From IMG/VR virus record IMGVR_UViG_3300032257_000011: DNA of 64,000 bases. One strand, 5' to 3'. The DNA is from a virus. Both the position numbers and the translations under genes were made by a program. Positions 10,232-20,118 of this stretch are shown here, in pieces. The first letter of the stretch is position 1, and every line of letters starts with the position of its first letter. The notes beneath the pieces are model-generated. The model was not told the DNA's origin, made no database searches, and saw only the letters and a list, made by a program, of their open reading frames with translations.

Positions 10232-11095
10232 ATGGAACCAATTTATATAGACAAATCTAAACTTGTACCGAATTATGAATCTGACTTTATAATGAAAGAG
10301 GATGAACTTATACTTGGAGTTATAAGAAAAGAAATGACAATAAGTCATGGAGGTAATATAGGAACAGGTACTTTCTATATAGTTGCTGCAATGCCTATGA
10401 CTGACAAATGGCAACCTGAAGAAAATAACTATGCGCCTTTGTCTGTTTTCTTCTATAACAAAATCGCAGAGATAACATCTTTAGAACATCAAGATACTGT
10501 TCCGAAGTCTTTGCTTTCCAATCTGTTTGGCGTAGCTGAGATTCTAACTTTTCAAGGAGTAGAAGTATACATGCCTACTCTAAGTCCTGAAGATTCAGAG
10601 TTTGAAGTAGTAATAAACACACTCAACGGATTAGTAGAGTTTTGTTCCATGAACATTGGACCTCCTACATGTAATCTATTCACGCCAGGTCGCCATCCTG
10701 AAGATGTTGCAATAATAGATGCTGACGCATGTCCTTCTCTAGGTTGTAATATATGTGCAGAGCTAGAGGATTGGCTAACATCCTATATAGATTTTTCTCA
10801 AGAAATAGAAAATTCGAAGAAGGGCGAAAAAGAACTACTAGATATGTTTAGGAACATGGCTGTTCAGCAAAAAAGCAAAATTCTTACGACGATAAAACCC
10901 AATCATACTCATTCAATAAATGAATTTACCTCAAATGGTCTAACTACTGGAATGCATAAACCATACACTCCAGATTCTCATTACACCCGAAAATCAGCTC
11001 ACCTGAATCATACCAAACTAGGTGGTATGATGATGGGGAAAGAAGTGAGCGACACAATATTAGGAATACACAGAAACGCAGGTCACAAAAAATAA
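10232..11095 (+). CDS. tandem paralog family member 5
   Basis: VAEILTFQGVEVYMPT core. Confidence 0.55.
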   Translation: MEPIYIDKSKLVPNYESDFIMKEDELILGVIRKEMTISHGGNIGTGTFYIVAAMPMTDKWQPEENNYAPLSVFFYNKIAEITSLEHQDTVPKSLLSNLFGVAEILTFQGVEVYMPTLSPEDSEFEVVINTLNGLVEFCSMNIGPPTCNLFTPGRHPEDVAIIDADACPSLGCNICAELEDWLTSYIDFSQEIENSKKGEKELLDMFRNMAVQQKSKILTTIKPNHTHSINEFTSNGLTTGMHKPYTPDSHYTRKSAHLNHTKLGGMMMGKEVSDTILGIHRNAGHKK

Positions 11096-11098
11096 ACA

Positions 11099-12091
11099 AT
11101 GAATACTGCTTCAAGACAATCCAAAAAGGTATCAAGGCATCAATCTATGCTTGAGGCTATTGTCAACCAAAACAAGGACATGTCTTTAGGCATAAGAAGC
11201 GTACTCTTAGAATTGCCACCAGCAATCAAGAAGCCATTACATATAAGAGAAGAACAATTCTTCGCAGTATCTCCTGATAACCCCAATGAATACAAGGAGA
11301 GTTATGAAGATATTTTTGTTGACTCATATGCCCACGTTCGAAGCGATTCTTTTAAACAAAAAGCCATCTACGAAGCTGAAAAAGATATTCATAAAGTAAT
11401 ATCTGTTTACGCAGAAAGAATTGTCAATAAAGACTCGTATGACAAATACTCTTTCAAGAAAGACTACATACTAGAAAGCCGGTATGATAATGAATATAGC
11501 CGGAATAACTATGATAGGAAGTCTAGAGCTGAAATTTTTAGCAATAAATGTACCGGACTAATTGATGTCAAAGAAATAATTGGTTCAGTGGATAGACAAA
11601 TATCAGACAAATCGAATATCAAAGCAATTGTCTTTTTCGGACCGGCAGCCGAAATATCTGAGGATGTTACGATAGAAAAAAATCGCTTAGGAAAAATAGT
11701 TTATAGATCCAAAAGATTCGGCCACAACTTCAAAAAAGAAGTTCATGATATTGATATACTAATTCTGCTAAAAACGGATGCTCCTAAAACAAAAAGTAAT
11801 ATACTTGTAGATGCTAAAGCTGTTCTTAATCATGACGGGTATTATGATTCACGAATAGTAAAAGACGGTTACGATATTGTCGCCATGACAACAAACGAAT
11901 ATGAAGACGATATTGCTGATGGTGGGTTTATGTCGAAGAGTATTAGAGATACTGGAATTTTATTGGTCGGCTCTTTTCCTTATCAACTATCAGAGTCTAA
12001 GATAGAAATATCAAGATCAGGCAGAGTAAAATGGAAACCAAAAAAGATAATCGTAAAAAATCTAGTCAAACAAAAAAGAAAGCAGGGATAA
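11099..12091 (+). CDS. hypothetical protein, possible nucleotidyltransferase fold
   Basis: FFGPAAEISEDV…HDIDILIL resembles hG[GS]…DxD NTase signature (weak). Confidence 0.45.
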   Translation: MNTASRQSKKVSRHQSMLEAIVNQNKDMSLGIRSVLLELPPAIKKPLHIREEQFFAVSPDNPNEYKESYEDIFVDSYAHVRSDSFKQKAIYEAEKDIHKVISVYAERIVNKDSYDKYSFKKDYILESRYDNEYSRNNYDRKSRAEIFSNKCTGLIDVKEIIGSVDRQISDKSNIKAIVFFGPAAEISEDVTIEKNRLGKIVYRSKRFGHNFKKEVHDIDILILLKTDAPKTKSNILVDAKAVLNHDGYYDSRIVKDGYDIVAMTTNEYEDDIADGGFMSKSIRDTGILLVGSFPYQLSESKIEISRSGRVKWKPKKIIVKNLVKQKRKQG

Positions 12092-12291
12092 ATGAAGTGT
12101 CCGTTCAAAACACCAAAAAGTCTATTCATTCTCGGAGCAACGATTGGCCTATCTTTGGGCTTTGTCATTTCTTACGCGATAACGTATCTGTAGACAACTC
12201 TAAAGTAACAAAGAGAGATATTGTTTTCATCATCGGCTTCTGGCTCTCAATATGCCTAGCAGCCATAATCGCAGGCGTAGTCATAGGATAA
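12031..12291 (+). CDS. small membrane protein (start uncertain)
   Basis: ORF track; C-terminal TM; overlaps previous gene. Confidence 0.3.
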   Translation: METKKDNRKKSSQTKKKAGINEVSVQNTKKSIHSRSNDWPIFGLCHFLRDNVSVDNSKVTKRDIVFIIGFWLSICLAAIIAGVVIG

Positions 12292-12424
12292 AATGAATTA
12301 CAAAAAATGGACAAAAAGGAACGACCTAAAAACTTTTGGTCTTATCCTATTTGACTCAACAATGAAGATAGCCATCGTACTTGTAGCGGTGGCTATTTTT
12401 AAATTATTATAAAAGGGGATATCA

Positions 12425-12682
12425 ATGCACAGGCACATTACAGTAAAAGAACTCAAAACATACCTCAGCGAATTGTCAGACGACTTGCCCATTATGTTCT
12501 CAACAGATGGAACAGGTAAAAAACTCATTACTCTCAGTAGCATACAGGGAACAAATGTAGGCGTTACTAAAAATTCGGAAAAGAAGTATATAGAACTGAC
12601 TCAAGGTCTACAAGACATGGGTGTACAAGAAGCAGATGTTGACCCGCAAGCAATGCCATGCGTAATACTGTGGCCCGAATAA
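12425..12682 (+). CDS. hypothetical small protein
   Basis: ORF track; GGGGAT SD. Confidence 0.4.
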   Translation: MHRHITVKELKTYLSELSDDLPIMFSTDGTGKKLITLSSIQGTNVGVTKNSEKKYIELTQGLQDMGVQEADVDPQAMPCVILWPE

Positions 12683-12693
12683 GGAAAAGAAAT

Positions 12694-12915
12694 ATGTCTA
12701 CCAAAAACGATAAGAACATGCAACCCCATGAGCGACCTCTAGAAAAGTACAAAGTAAGAAGTCAAACAGAGATAAAAAAGTTCATATTTGAATGTCACCG
12801 ATATCGAACAGACGGATGTCTTATTCAGGGGATAATAGATACAGGTCCAATAAATAGTAAAACAGCATTCTTGCTCCATCTTGCTCCAGGTGAATGGCTT
12901 GAACCTATTGAGTAG
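12694..12915 (+). CDS. hypothetical small protein
   Basis: AAGGAAAAG SD then ATG. Confidence 0.4.
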   Translation: MSTKNDKNMQPHERPLEKYKVRSQTEIKKFIFECHRYRTDGCLIQGIIDTGPINSKTAFLLHLAPGEWLEPIE

Positions 12916-12939
12916 ATATCTCTATCACCTGTAATCAAT

Positions 12940-13533
12940 ATGTATTTGTGGTACAATGAGAGGGAACCAATAAGGAAACCTTTTATCATGCAACGATCCA
13001 ATCACAAGAAACTATACCGATGCTCAGATTTATTGGGCATTCTAGTTGGATTGCTAGTAGGCTGTATTATAGCATCTTACTTCTTTGGCTATGATCCTGC
13101 ATTCTCTATTATCTTTGCTTTCTTCCTATATGTTGTAATATCTATAAGGTATGCCTTAGTCAATGATAATCTATTCAGCTCTTTTTTCCGCGAAATAAAA
13201 GAACAGTCAGACAACCTATCTGAAATGCTAGAAGAGTCAAAGTATAAAAAATCAGACAAGGATATAAGAATCGAACTTCTTGAAAAAACGCTCAAGGAAG
13301 CAGAGATAGATTATCGAGGCATGGAAGGCTATTGCGAAAAACTAATAGCTGAAGATGACAAATTTCAAGAAGTAAGAGGCCAATCTAAAGAACTTGACCT
13401 TGTTCATGACCAGTCCATGAAGCTCGCCAATAACCTAATGATTGAATGCAAATGCACAGCAGACTATCTAAAGGCTATCGTTGAAGGAGATATGGAACTC
13501 GCAAAACTTATAGATAGAGCAACCTCTAAATAG
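12940..13533 (+). CDS. membrane-anchored coiled-coil protein
   Basis: two TM helices then charged helical region. Confidence 0.5.
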   Translation: MYLWYNEREPIRKPFIMQRSNHKKLYRCSDLLGILVGLLVGCIIASYFFGYDPAFSIIFAFFLYVVISIRYALVNDNLFSSFFREIKEQSDNLSEMLEESKYKKSDKDIRIELLEKTLKEAEIDYRGMEGYCEKLIAEDDKFQEVRGQSKELDLVHDQSMKLANNLMIECKCTADYLKAIVEGDMELAKLIDRATSK

Positions 13534-13542
13534 GAAATCATC

Positions 13543-13752
13543 ATGGCTAAGCAAAAAATAAAGAAAATGAAATGCTTTCAAATGGGGAATGCAATTCTTG
13601 TTGTTTCCCGATTTACTGGATGGATGATTGTCATTACAGCCTCATTTGCTCTTGGAGCGTTTGCTGCATTAACCCTAAAAGAACAATTTGCTGTAGCTAT
13701 TGAAAACAACGCAGTACCAATAGAAACAATAGAAACAATAGAAGGACCATAG
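13543..13752 (+). CDS. small membrane protein
   Basis: ORF track. Confidence 0.4.
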   Translation: MAKQKIKKMKCFQMGNAILVVSRFTGWMIVITASFALGAFAALTLKEQFAVAIENNAVPIETIETIEGP

Positions 13753-13755
13753 GTT

Positions 13756-14001
13756 ATGGCTAAGCTACGAATACCAAAGAAAAAAGAAGAGACCTTTCGA
13801 TATAAATTCTATGGATTTCTAGATTCCCTTAGCGAATTCATCGGACCTATTATATTCATGACTGCATGTTTCGCAGCACTAATTATTCTTCTATGGGCTT
13901 TGAATGAAGGAGCGAAACATAGCGAACAACATAATCAGGATGTTGCTAATAAAATCATAGAATGCGACATTACATGCCATAAACACGGAAAAGAGAAGTG
14001 A
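13756..14001 (+). CDS. small membrane protein
   Basis: ORF track. Confidence 0.4.
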   Translation: MAKLRIPKKKEETFRYKFYGFLDSLSEFIGPIIFMTACFAALIILLWALNEGAKHSEQHNQDVANKIIECDITCHKHGKEK

Positions 14002-14070
14002 ACGACCGAACATTTTTTCAAATCACCGAATTTAATGGTTTATTAAAAAAAGTACCTGAAAGCGTATAAT

Positions 14071-14529
14071 ATGATAGCATCAATAGCCCTGTCCATACTC
14101 GTCACCATCAACACCCTAATAACGATGCTTATTATATTTCTTGCCTATAAGACCTATAAGTACAGAGTACAAGCAGAAGCCTATCTCAAAGACATTACTG
14201 ACAATTCAGAGCATGTTCAAGAGATGACAGGCGTAGTCTATGAGATGACCTATCATGGCGAACAAAGAGGCGTAGACTCATATGAGCCAACAGATACAAC
14301 TGACTATACTCCTGAAACGGATATGCCAAGTTATATCAATTGGCCTACTACAATGGATTCTAATCAGGGAAGCTTCGCTTTCAACTCCGAAACGAATACA
14401 TGGGATAACATGGAAGATGTTGATGGCATCACTCCAGATATACTCAAAGACCTTGGAGAACTCTTCGATATGGATAACCTATATGAAGGGCCAAAACACT
14501 TAAAAGATCCGGAGAAAGAAGATGAATAA
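14071..14529 (+). CDS. membrane-anchored acidic protein
   Basis: ORF track. Confidence 0.5.
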   Translation: MIASIALSILVTINTLITMLIIFLAYKTYKYRVQAEAYLKDITDNSEHVQEMTGVVYEMTYHGEQRGVDSYEPTDTTDYTPETDMPSYINWPTTMDSNQGSFAFNSETNTWDNMEDVDGITPDILKDLGELFDMDNLYEGPKHLKDPEKEDE

Positions 14530-15112
14530 AATAGCAACCCTAAGCCTCGCAACCATCGTAATAGGCTCTTCTGTTGCCTGCTCTAACACAAGAGAGCTTG
14601 AGCCAATAAGTAATGCGTCCAATACTGCACTACAGCCTATCTCTAAAGAGCCAGGCACTCAGATTGACTTCAACTTTGATAGACCTATTCCAGTCGTAAC
14701 AAGACCATCTCCAAGATACATACTGGTCAAAAACGCTGACTATGCCCTAATAAGTCCCTGGTCTCCATCAGTGAGAGGTATACCCCTTATTGATGCTCAT
14801 GTCGCCTGGACAGACGAAATCGTATTCTGGGTAAACCCTGAGCTAGATTATCAGATAACAGCAAGGCATATTGGCAGGATAACAATACCAGACCCATCAC
14901 AACCTAACATAAGATATCAAGCGGAAACAGTTTCTTTTGAATACGATGTTCCTCTTTCTTATGAAAATATGCTCGATTGGAACCTATATAACAAAATTGT
15001 ATGGGCAAACAGATATAATCAATTTGAAGACACATATGGTATCTCGTCGCAACAGTTTATGGAAGCTGTACGGAGAGTTGAGCAAATGTTTATCAATGAC
15101 GGAAACCCATAA
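14522..15112 (+). CDS. putative lipoprotein
   Basis: signal peptide with lipobox-like VAC. Confidence 0.5.
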   Translation: MNKIATLSLATIVIGSSVACSNTRELEPISNASNTALQPISKEPGTQIDFNFDRPIPVVTRPSPRYILVKNADYALISPWSPSVRGIPLIDAHVAWTDEIVFWVNPELDYQITARHIGRITIPDPSQPNIRYQAETVSFEYDVPLSYENMLDWNLYNKIVWANRYNQFEDTYGISSQQFMEAVRRVEQMFINDGNP

Positions 15113-15113
15113 T

Positions 15114-15836
15114 ATGTCTAAGAACAAGAAGAAGAAATTCAAGAAGAACAAGCGGAAGAGATCGCATCCTTCTAACTTTGTTCAAAATGCTGATGGAGAC
15201 AAGTTCTGGCGCAATGGCAGGGGAGAACTTCACAAACAAGGTGGACCTGCTAAAATATTAGCCAATGGGACTGAAGAATGGTATAAAAATGGGGTAATTC
15301 ATCGAATAGATGGTCCAGCAAAAATAACCCCTTATGGATCTCAGTATTATTATCAAGATGGAGAATTGCATCGAACAGACGGACCAGCTATTATATATGC
15401 TAAACTCAATGATCTAAAAGAAGAATGGTATCGTCATGGGACTCGTCATCGACTAGATGGACCAGCGAAAATTTGGAAAAACGGAAGGCAACAATGGTAC
15501 TGTAATGGAGACATTCATAGAACCGATGGACCTGCTATTATTCATCAAAATGGTACGCTTACCTATATGCAACATAATGTAACGCACAGAATAGGTGGTC
15601 CTGCTGTTATATTCCCTAATGGAAGAGAAGAATGGTATTCTCATGGACAACTCAATCGAATGGATGGGCCAGCCATAACCGACCCTAAAGGCCCTAATAT
15701 TTGGTACTTTCGTGGAAGCAAAGTATCCACAATAGACGCTAAATGGTGGCTTATGCTCGACCTAACCTGGTTGGGGCAATCAAGAGACATTCACCAGCAT
15801 AGTAAACAGAAATGCTCTATAATGAGAGTCTCATGA
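15114..15836 (+). CDS. MORN-like repeat protein (about 8 x 23-aa W-x3-G-x2-HR-x-DGPA repeats)
   Basis: periodic repeats read directly; start moved to ATG after upstream stop. Confidence 0.65.
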   Translation: MSKNKKKKFKKNKRKRSHPSNFVQNADGDKFWRNGRGELHKQGGPAKILANGTEEWYKNGVIHRIDGPAKITPYGSQYYYQDGELHRTDGPAIIYAKLNDLKEEWYRHGTRHRLDGPAKIWKNGRQQWYCNGDIHRTDGPAIIHQNGTLTYMQHNVTHRIGGPAVIFPNGREEWYSHGQLNRMDGPAITDPKGPNIWYFRGSKVSTIDAKWWLMLDLTWLGQSRDIHQHSKQKCSIMRVS

Positions 15837-15935
15837 AAAAGAACAAACCAAATAGCCCAAATTGGCTCGTAGCAACATTCGCTATCATCGGAGAACTCAT
15901 TGAGTCTCTCCTTTTCAATATGTTCGACGACTGAT

Positions 15936-15948
15936 TTTCGCGGAAAGA
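15936..15948. promoter_or_regulatory. TTTTCGCGGAAAG palindrome
   Basis: member of TTCCGCGGAA palindrome family. Confidence 0.4.
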
Positions 15949-15954
15949 AATAAT

Positions 15955-16128
15955 ATGTTCACAAAAGAAGTAGCTGCAATCCTATTAGCCGTCATAGACC
16001 TAGAACTAGATAAAGAAAAGTTCCTCACAGAACCTGAAAAACAAGTCAAACAAGCATGGTATAACCTATGGGTATCAGCAGGTAAACCAATCAGAGAAGA
16101 ATTAGAACTCATGAAAGAAGAACTCTAA
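15955..16128 (+). CDS. small protein (57 aa, below ORF-track cutoff)
   Basis: ATG after palindrome; stop overlaps next start (TAATG). Confidence 0.4.
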   Translation: MFTKEVAAILLAVIDLELDKEKFLTEPEKQVKQAWYNLWVSAGKPIREELELMKEEL

Positions 16129-16634
16129 TGAATAAGTACCCATATGACCACCCAATGCAAGATACATGCCTTGATGAACAAGGAACGCTTAGATATAAAG
16201 AAAATGCCATTGTTTCGCATATACTCAATCACGCACGCAATAACGGATGCGACCTCAATGACCTTGCAAGGATGGACTTCTCAGCGAATGACTGGAGACA
16301 GTTTCAACAGCTTCATGGATACTCAATTAGTGGATTCGCAGAACTTTCATGGGTAGGCAACCCATTCGGTGAAGAAGAATACGAAGATGGTTACTACGAA
16401 TATATGGAACGACAAATACCTGAATATTTCGGAGAAGATGAAGAACTAGAACAGGAAGCTAAAGAATCTGGAATGGCTATCGTCGGGCACCTACTCGAAA
16501 TGCTAAAAGAGAAGCAGAAAGAGTCAAGCGAGGAATTGAAGAAGATCAATGAACTCACGTCTCAGGTAGCAGCAGAAGTAGAAAGGCTCAGAACAGAGAA
16601 TGCCTCTCTCAAGGAACAGTTGGCAGCGAAATAA
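16128..16634 (+). CDS. hypothetical protein with C-terminal coiled coil
   Basis: ORF track. Confidence 0.55.
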   Translation: MNKYPYDHPMQDTCLDEQGTLRYKENAIVSHILNHARNNGCDLNDLARMDFSANDWRQFQQLHGYSISGFAELSWVGNPFGEEEYEDGYYEYMERQIPEYFGEDEELEQEAKESGMAIVGHLLEMLKEKQKESSEELKKINELTSQVAAEVERLRTENASLKEQLAAK

Positions 16635-16666
16635 TGGGCCTAATGAGGATATAAGGAAACAATAAT

Positions 16667-16879
16667 ATGCAAGTATCAATCATACTCCTAGGCTTCGCCT
16701 TCATGTTCATGCTCTGGTATGGGATTATCTGCCATAAAGAATATAAAGACAAAATTGAGCATATCTACAAAAGAATCAACTACCTGTCAGGAGTAGTACA
16801 AGAACAAATACATGAGAAGAACCATCTCGATACCAGAATCAAGGCTCTTGAAAAGAAGAATCATGAAACAGAAGAATAA
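16667..16879 (+). CDS. small membrane protein
   Basis: ORF track. Confidence 0.4.
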   Translation: MQVSIILLGFAFMFMLWYGIICHKEYKDKIEHIYKRINYLSGVVQEQIHEKNHLDTRIKALEKKNHETEE

Positions 16880-17195
16880 TACATTACACCCATTTTGGAC
16901 ATATCTCATTATGTCATCGCCATTCATGGTTGCAATATCTATATGGCTCATATTGAAGATAGAACATATATTCATCTATCTAGGATATGGAGCTATATGG
17001 ATTCTTCTCTCTATATTGGCATATCTCATCATTACCATACTACTCACTGTATTTATGATGGTAGCGTCAGCAGCCCTAAAATCATTAGCCAAAAAACAAA
17101 AAGTACGTCCACCAGATTGGACACGATTCTTCGAATCAGATATAGAAGCTGAAGAGATGTTCAATCCATTATACTGGTATAGAGCCTTCTTTTAA
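16863..17195 (+). CDS. polytopic small membrane protein
   Basis: in-frame ATG overlapping upstream stop. Confidence 0.45.
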   Translation: MKQKNNTLHPFWTYLIMSSPFMVAISIWLILKIEHIFIYLGYGAIWILLSILAYLIITILLTVFMMVASAALKSLAKKQKVRPPDWTRFFESDIEAEEMFNPLYWYRAFF

Positions 17196-17235
17196 TTTTC
17201 CGCGGATAATATATGAATCCCACAAGAAAGACCAA

Positions 17236-17559
17236 ATGAACAAAACAATAGAACAAGTACGCATAGGACAAACATTCATCTATCAAAAAATTGTCTATAT
17301 CAAGACCACAAACACACTAATGACCTGTAGAGGGGTAGCTCTTACGGATGATAAAGAAACCAGCACAGGATATGTATACGCATTGCCAGCAAATGCAGAA
17401 TGCCAAACAATCACAGGGTATAGCGATGTCAAAGACACTATAGATGAACTCTATATACAAAATGGAGGAAGCAATAAGGATACAGACCCGCTCATGAAAC
17501 TACTCATACTCCATCCAGAATTCCAACACCCAATGGAAAAAGAAGAACAAAAGGCCTAA
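17236..17559 (+). CDS. hypothetical protein
   Basis: ORF track; TTTTCCGCGGATAA palindrome 17197-17210 upstream. Confidence 0.45.
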   Translation: MNKTIEQVRIGQTFIYQKIVYIKTTNTLMTCRGVALTDDKETSTGYVYALPANAECQTITGYSDVKDTIDELYIQNGGSNKDTDPLMKLLILHPEFQHPMEKEEQKA

Positions 17560-17560
17560 T

Positions 17561-17818
17561 ATGATAAGACGCTTCTATCAAATACTATGGGCAACACTCT
17601 GTACAGCCATCGTGTACGGCTTCGCATATGAATACCTCGATATCGTATTCACGACATTCGAAATAACGCTCTCAATCGCAATTATTATACTGCTTCTACA
17701 TATAGATGACCTGAAAAGCACTATCAATATGCAAGAACAAATACTTGACAATCAAAGAAAACAAACCGCACAAGATGATAAAAACTATATAAGAGTCAAA
17801 AGAAAGAACGAACAATGA
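17561..17818 (+). CDS. small membrane protein
   Basis: ORF track. Confidence 0.4.
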   Translation: MIRRFYQILWATLCTAIVYGFAYEYLDIVFTTFEITLSIAIIILLLHIDDLKSTINMQEQILDNQRKQTAQDDKNYIRVKRKNEQ

Positions 17819-18021
17819 AGAAACATATCATAGACTTCTTCACAGCGCTCGCATTCGGACTCCTTACGCTACTCTTCGTCAATACAGTATTTGGATACAA
17901 AGAAACAATCATGGAAGCTATACTTCTCTTCCTCGCTCTATCAATCATGCTCAGAATACTCAGACTAGAAGATAGAATAGAAAAGATTGAAAAAGAACCA
18001 ATAATACAGAAAGAAGGATAG
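17815..18021 (+). CDS. small membrane protein
   Basis: ORF track; ATGA overlap. Confidence 0.4.
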   Translation: MKKHIIDFFTALAFGLLTLLFVNTVFGYKETIMEAILLFLALSIMLRILRLEDRIEKIEKEPIIQKEG

Positions 18022-18022
18022 A

Positions 18023-18235
18023 ATGAACATACCAGTAGGAAAATACGCAATAGCCCTCATAATAGCAATCATCATATCATCAATACTAAGAACAGGATTC
18101 AATGTTGAACCTTATCTAGCAAACGTTATATTAGAATGCTTTATTGTCTATACAATCATCAGAACACTAGGCTATATCAATGAACTGTCAATAGAAATAA
18201 ATAAAAAGAACAATAATTCCGCGGAAAGAAACTAA
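18023..18235 (+). CDS. small membrane protein
   Basis: ORF track. Confidence 0.4.
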   Translation: MNIPVGKYAIALIIAIIISSILRTGFNVEPYLANVILECFIVYTIIRTLGYINELSIEINKKNNNSAERN

Positions 18236-18257
18236 TACACACTAAAAGAAAGAAAAC

Positions 18258-18404
18258 ATGCCTAATCAACCAGAAAACACGATTTCACCAGTAGAGAAAG
18301 ATATCCAGGATATAATCAAAGACATGCAAACACCAGAGGACGTAATAAAAGAATCACTCACAATCAAACAAATCACACACAATGAAAGATTCAATAAAGA
18401 ATAA
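18258..18404 (+). CDS. small acidic protein (48 aa, below track cutoff)
   Basis: ATG 28 nt after AATTCCGCGGAAAG palindrome (18216-18229). Confidence 0.35.
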   Translation: MPNQPENTISPVEKDIQDIIKDMQTPEDVIKESLTIKQITHNERFNKE

Positions 18405-18416
18405 GGATACACACAC

Positions 18417-18638
18417 ATGGGAATGTATGATGAAGTTATTGTCAATTGTCCAGTATGCAGAGAAGAAGTAGCAGTTCAATCAAAAGCAGGACCATGCGAA
18501 CTCATTACCTATAGAGGCAACAATGTACCAGCAAGCATAGCTGAAGATATCAATGGGGAATACCAAGATTGTACAGAATGTAAACAATCATTCCAAGTAG
18601 AAGCTCAAATCATTGTTATACTCACAACCCATACATAA
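18417..18638 (+). CDS. zinc-ribbon small protein
   Basis: CPVC…CTEC. Confidence 0.45.
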   Translation: MGMYDEVIVNCPVCREEVAVQSKAGPCELITYRGNNVPASIAEDINGEYQDCTECKQSFQVEAQIIVILTTHT

Positions 18639-18652
18639 CAGGAAAATATATC

Positions 18653-18835
18653 ATGACTCCAATACAAATCATCATATATATCATCACGCTACTCATAGCA
18701 CTACTTATAGGATATCTCATAGGAGAAGCTACAGCTACAAAAATACTCAATGAAGAAACAGAAAACAATAGAAAAGAATATGTAGAATTTGATTTAGATG
18801 AACCAGAACCAGAAGAGCAGGAAATAATATCATGA
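18653..18835 (+). CDS. small membrane protein
   Basis: ORF track. Confidence 0.35.
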   Translation: MTPIQIIIYIITLLIALLIGYLIGEATATKILNEETENNRKEYVEFDLDEPEPEEQEIIS

Positions 18836-19086
18836 TAACACCTATTATTGCCATAGTAGTAGCCTTCACAATACTGGTATCCATGCTTGTTCTATTAGCA
18901 AATAAAGCAATCAAAGATGATAGAGAAAGAGTAGAATTTGAAATACTCATGGATGAGACATGTCCTCATTGTGGACAAACCCTAACACTGAACCACTCTA
19001 CGAGCGTGGATAAGCAAGTAGCAGATGGACAGCTTACTCTTTCATCGCAAGTAGCGAATGGACAGCTCAATATTGAACCCAAATGA
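18832..19086 (+). CDS. small membrane protein with CPHCG motif
   Basis: ORF track. Confidence 0.4.
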   Translation: MITPIIAIVVAFTILVSMLVLLANKAIKDDRERVEFEILMDETCPHCGQTLTLNHSTSVDKQVADGQLTLSSQVANGQLNIEPK

Positions 19087-19127
19087 ATAAATTCCTTGTT
19101 TTTGACCTAATATGGATATTTCACCCA

Positions 19128-19148
19128 TTATGACCCACTATGACCCAC
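19128..19148 (+). repeat. direct repeat TATGACCCAC x2 in 170-bp AT-rich intergenic region
   Basis: read directly. Confidence 0.5.
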
Positions 19149-19255
19149 AGGAAACTTTAGATACGCTCTGGAAGCCCAGGATAGCGCGTCTTTATGTTAT
19201 AACATCATAATATTCGTCAGGGAAACTTAAATAATATATTTATGAGGTAATAAAA

Positions 19256-19549
19256 ATGCCACAATATAGGATGGCCAATCAGAAACAAGAAGAACTGTTA
19301 TACTCCTTTGGTCTGCCCTCCGTTATTACAACAAATGGGAATGCGAGGGGATACTTTCATAACGAAGGGAGCTTCTGCACCCAATACGGGAACGGTACTT
19401 TCATCTGGTGTCATATGGGATACATTCACAGAAACAATGGACCCGCAATTGAACGAAGTGGTGAAAAGGATCTATGGTATCTTTGGGGAGAGAAGACCTC
19501 AGTAGCTGATTACAGTTGGTCTATCTTCTTGGAACAAACACTATTATGA
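19256..19549 (+). CDS. MORN-like (…NGPAIER…WYLWGEK) repeat protein
   Basis: same repeat type as the 15114 gene. Confidence 0.5.
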   Translation: MPQYRMANQKQEELLYSFGLPSVITTNGNARGYFHNEGSFCTQYGNGTFIWCHMGYIHRNNGPAIERSGEKDLWYLWGEKTSVADYSWSIFLEQTLL

Positions 19550-20118
19550 TACTTCTCATATCCATCTCATGCTTGTCTCTCAGTTTCCTAACACTGATTG
19601 GTACAACTTACCTATCGCTCATCAAATTCCACAAGCTCCAAACCTTGAGGGTTCTGGATAGAAATGATAAATTTCATTTTATTGGGATGAGTATTCTGTT
19701 AAGTTTTTCTATGGGTGGATTCTTAGCTTTACTTCTTATTCACAACAAATCATTGAGGCTTACACTGAATGAGCGGCTTGATGAGGTTCGTAATCGTCCT
19801 ATGATTGTGAAACTTGCTAGGACTTCTTTTGATAGGGAAGAGAAGGTTCCTAGGGGTCAGGGGTATATACCTTGGGCGATGAAGCCTTATGGTGAATTGA
19901 CGATTGAGGACAGATATAGACATGTTGGTACGCCTAATGATTTTCCACCCTTGGGGAATTCTGACACTGAATCGGAGCCTGGCTTTGTAAACTTTCCTGT
20001 AGGATTTTTTAGTTCATCAGCTCCTTCTAAAGCTGTTACACTGAATGACATTAAGGATGTTGACGAAGTATCTACTAGGCTTACTGTTGTTGACAAGTTG
20101 TTTAGGAGATATAGATGA
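19516..20118 (+). CDS. membrane-anchored hypothetical protein
   Basis: ORF track; T-rich codon usage. Confidence 0.5.
   Translation: MVYLLGTNTIMILLISISCLSLSFLTLIGTTYLSLIKFHKLQTLRVLDRNDKFHFIGMSILLSFSMGGFLALLLIHNKSLRLTLNERLDEVRNRPMIVKLARTSFDREEKVPRGQGYIPWAMKPYGELTIEDRYRHVGTPNDFPPLGNSDTESEPGFVNFPVGFFSSSAPSKAVTLNDIKDVDEVSTRLTVVDKLFRRYR

Noticed and set aside
14937-15113. Upstream 59-codon extension of the MORN-like gene (track start 14937)
   Set aside because: It overlaps the previous gene in another frame. The ATG at 15114 directly follows that gene's stop.
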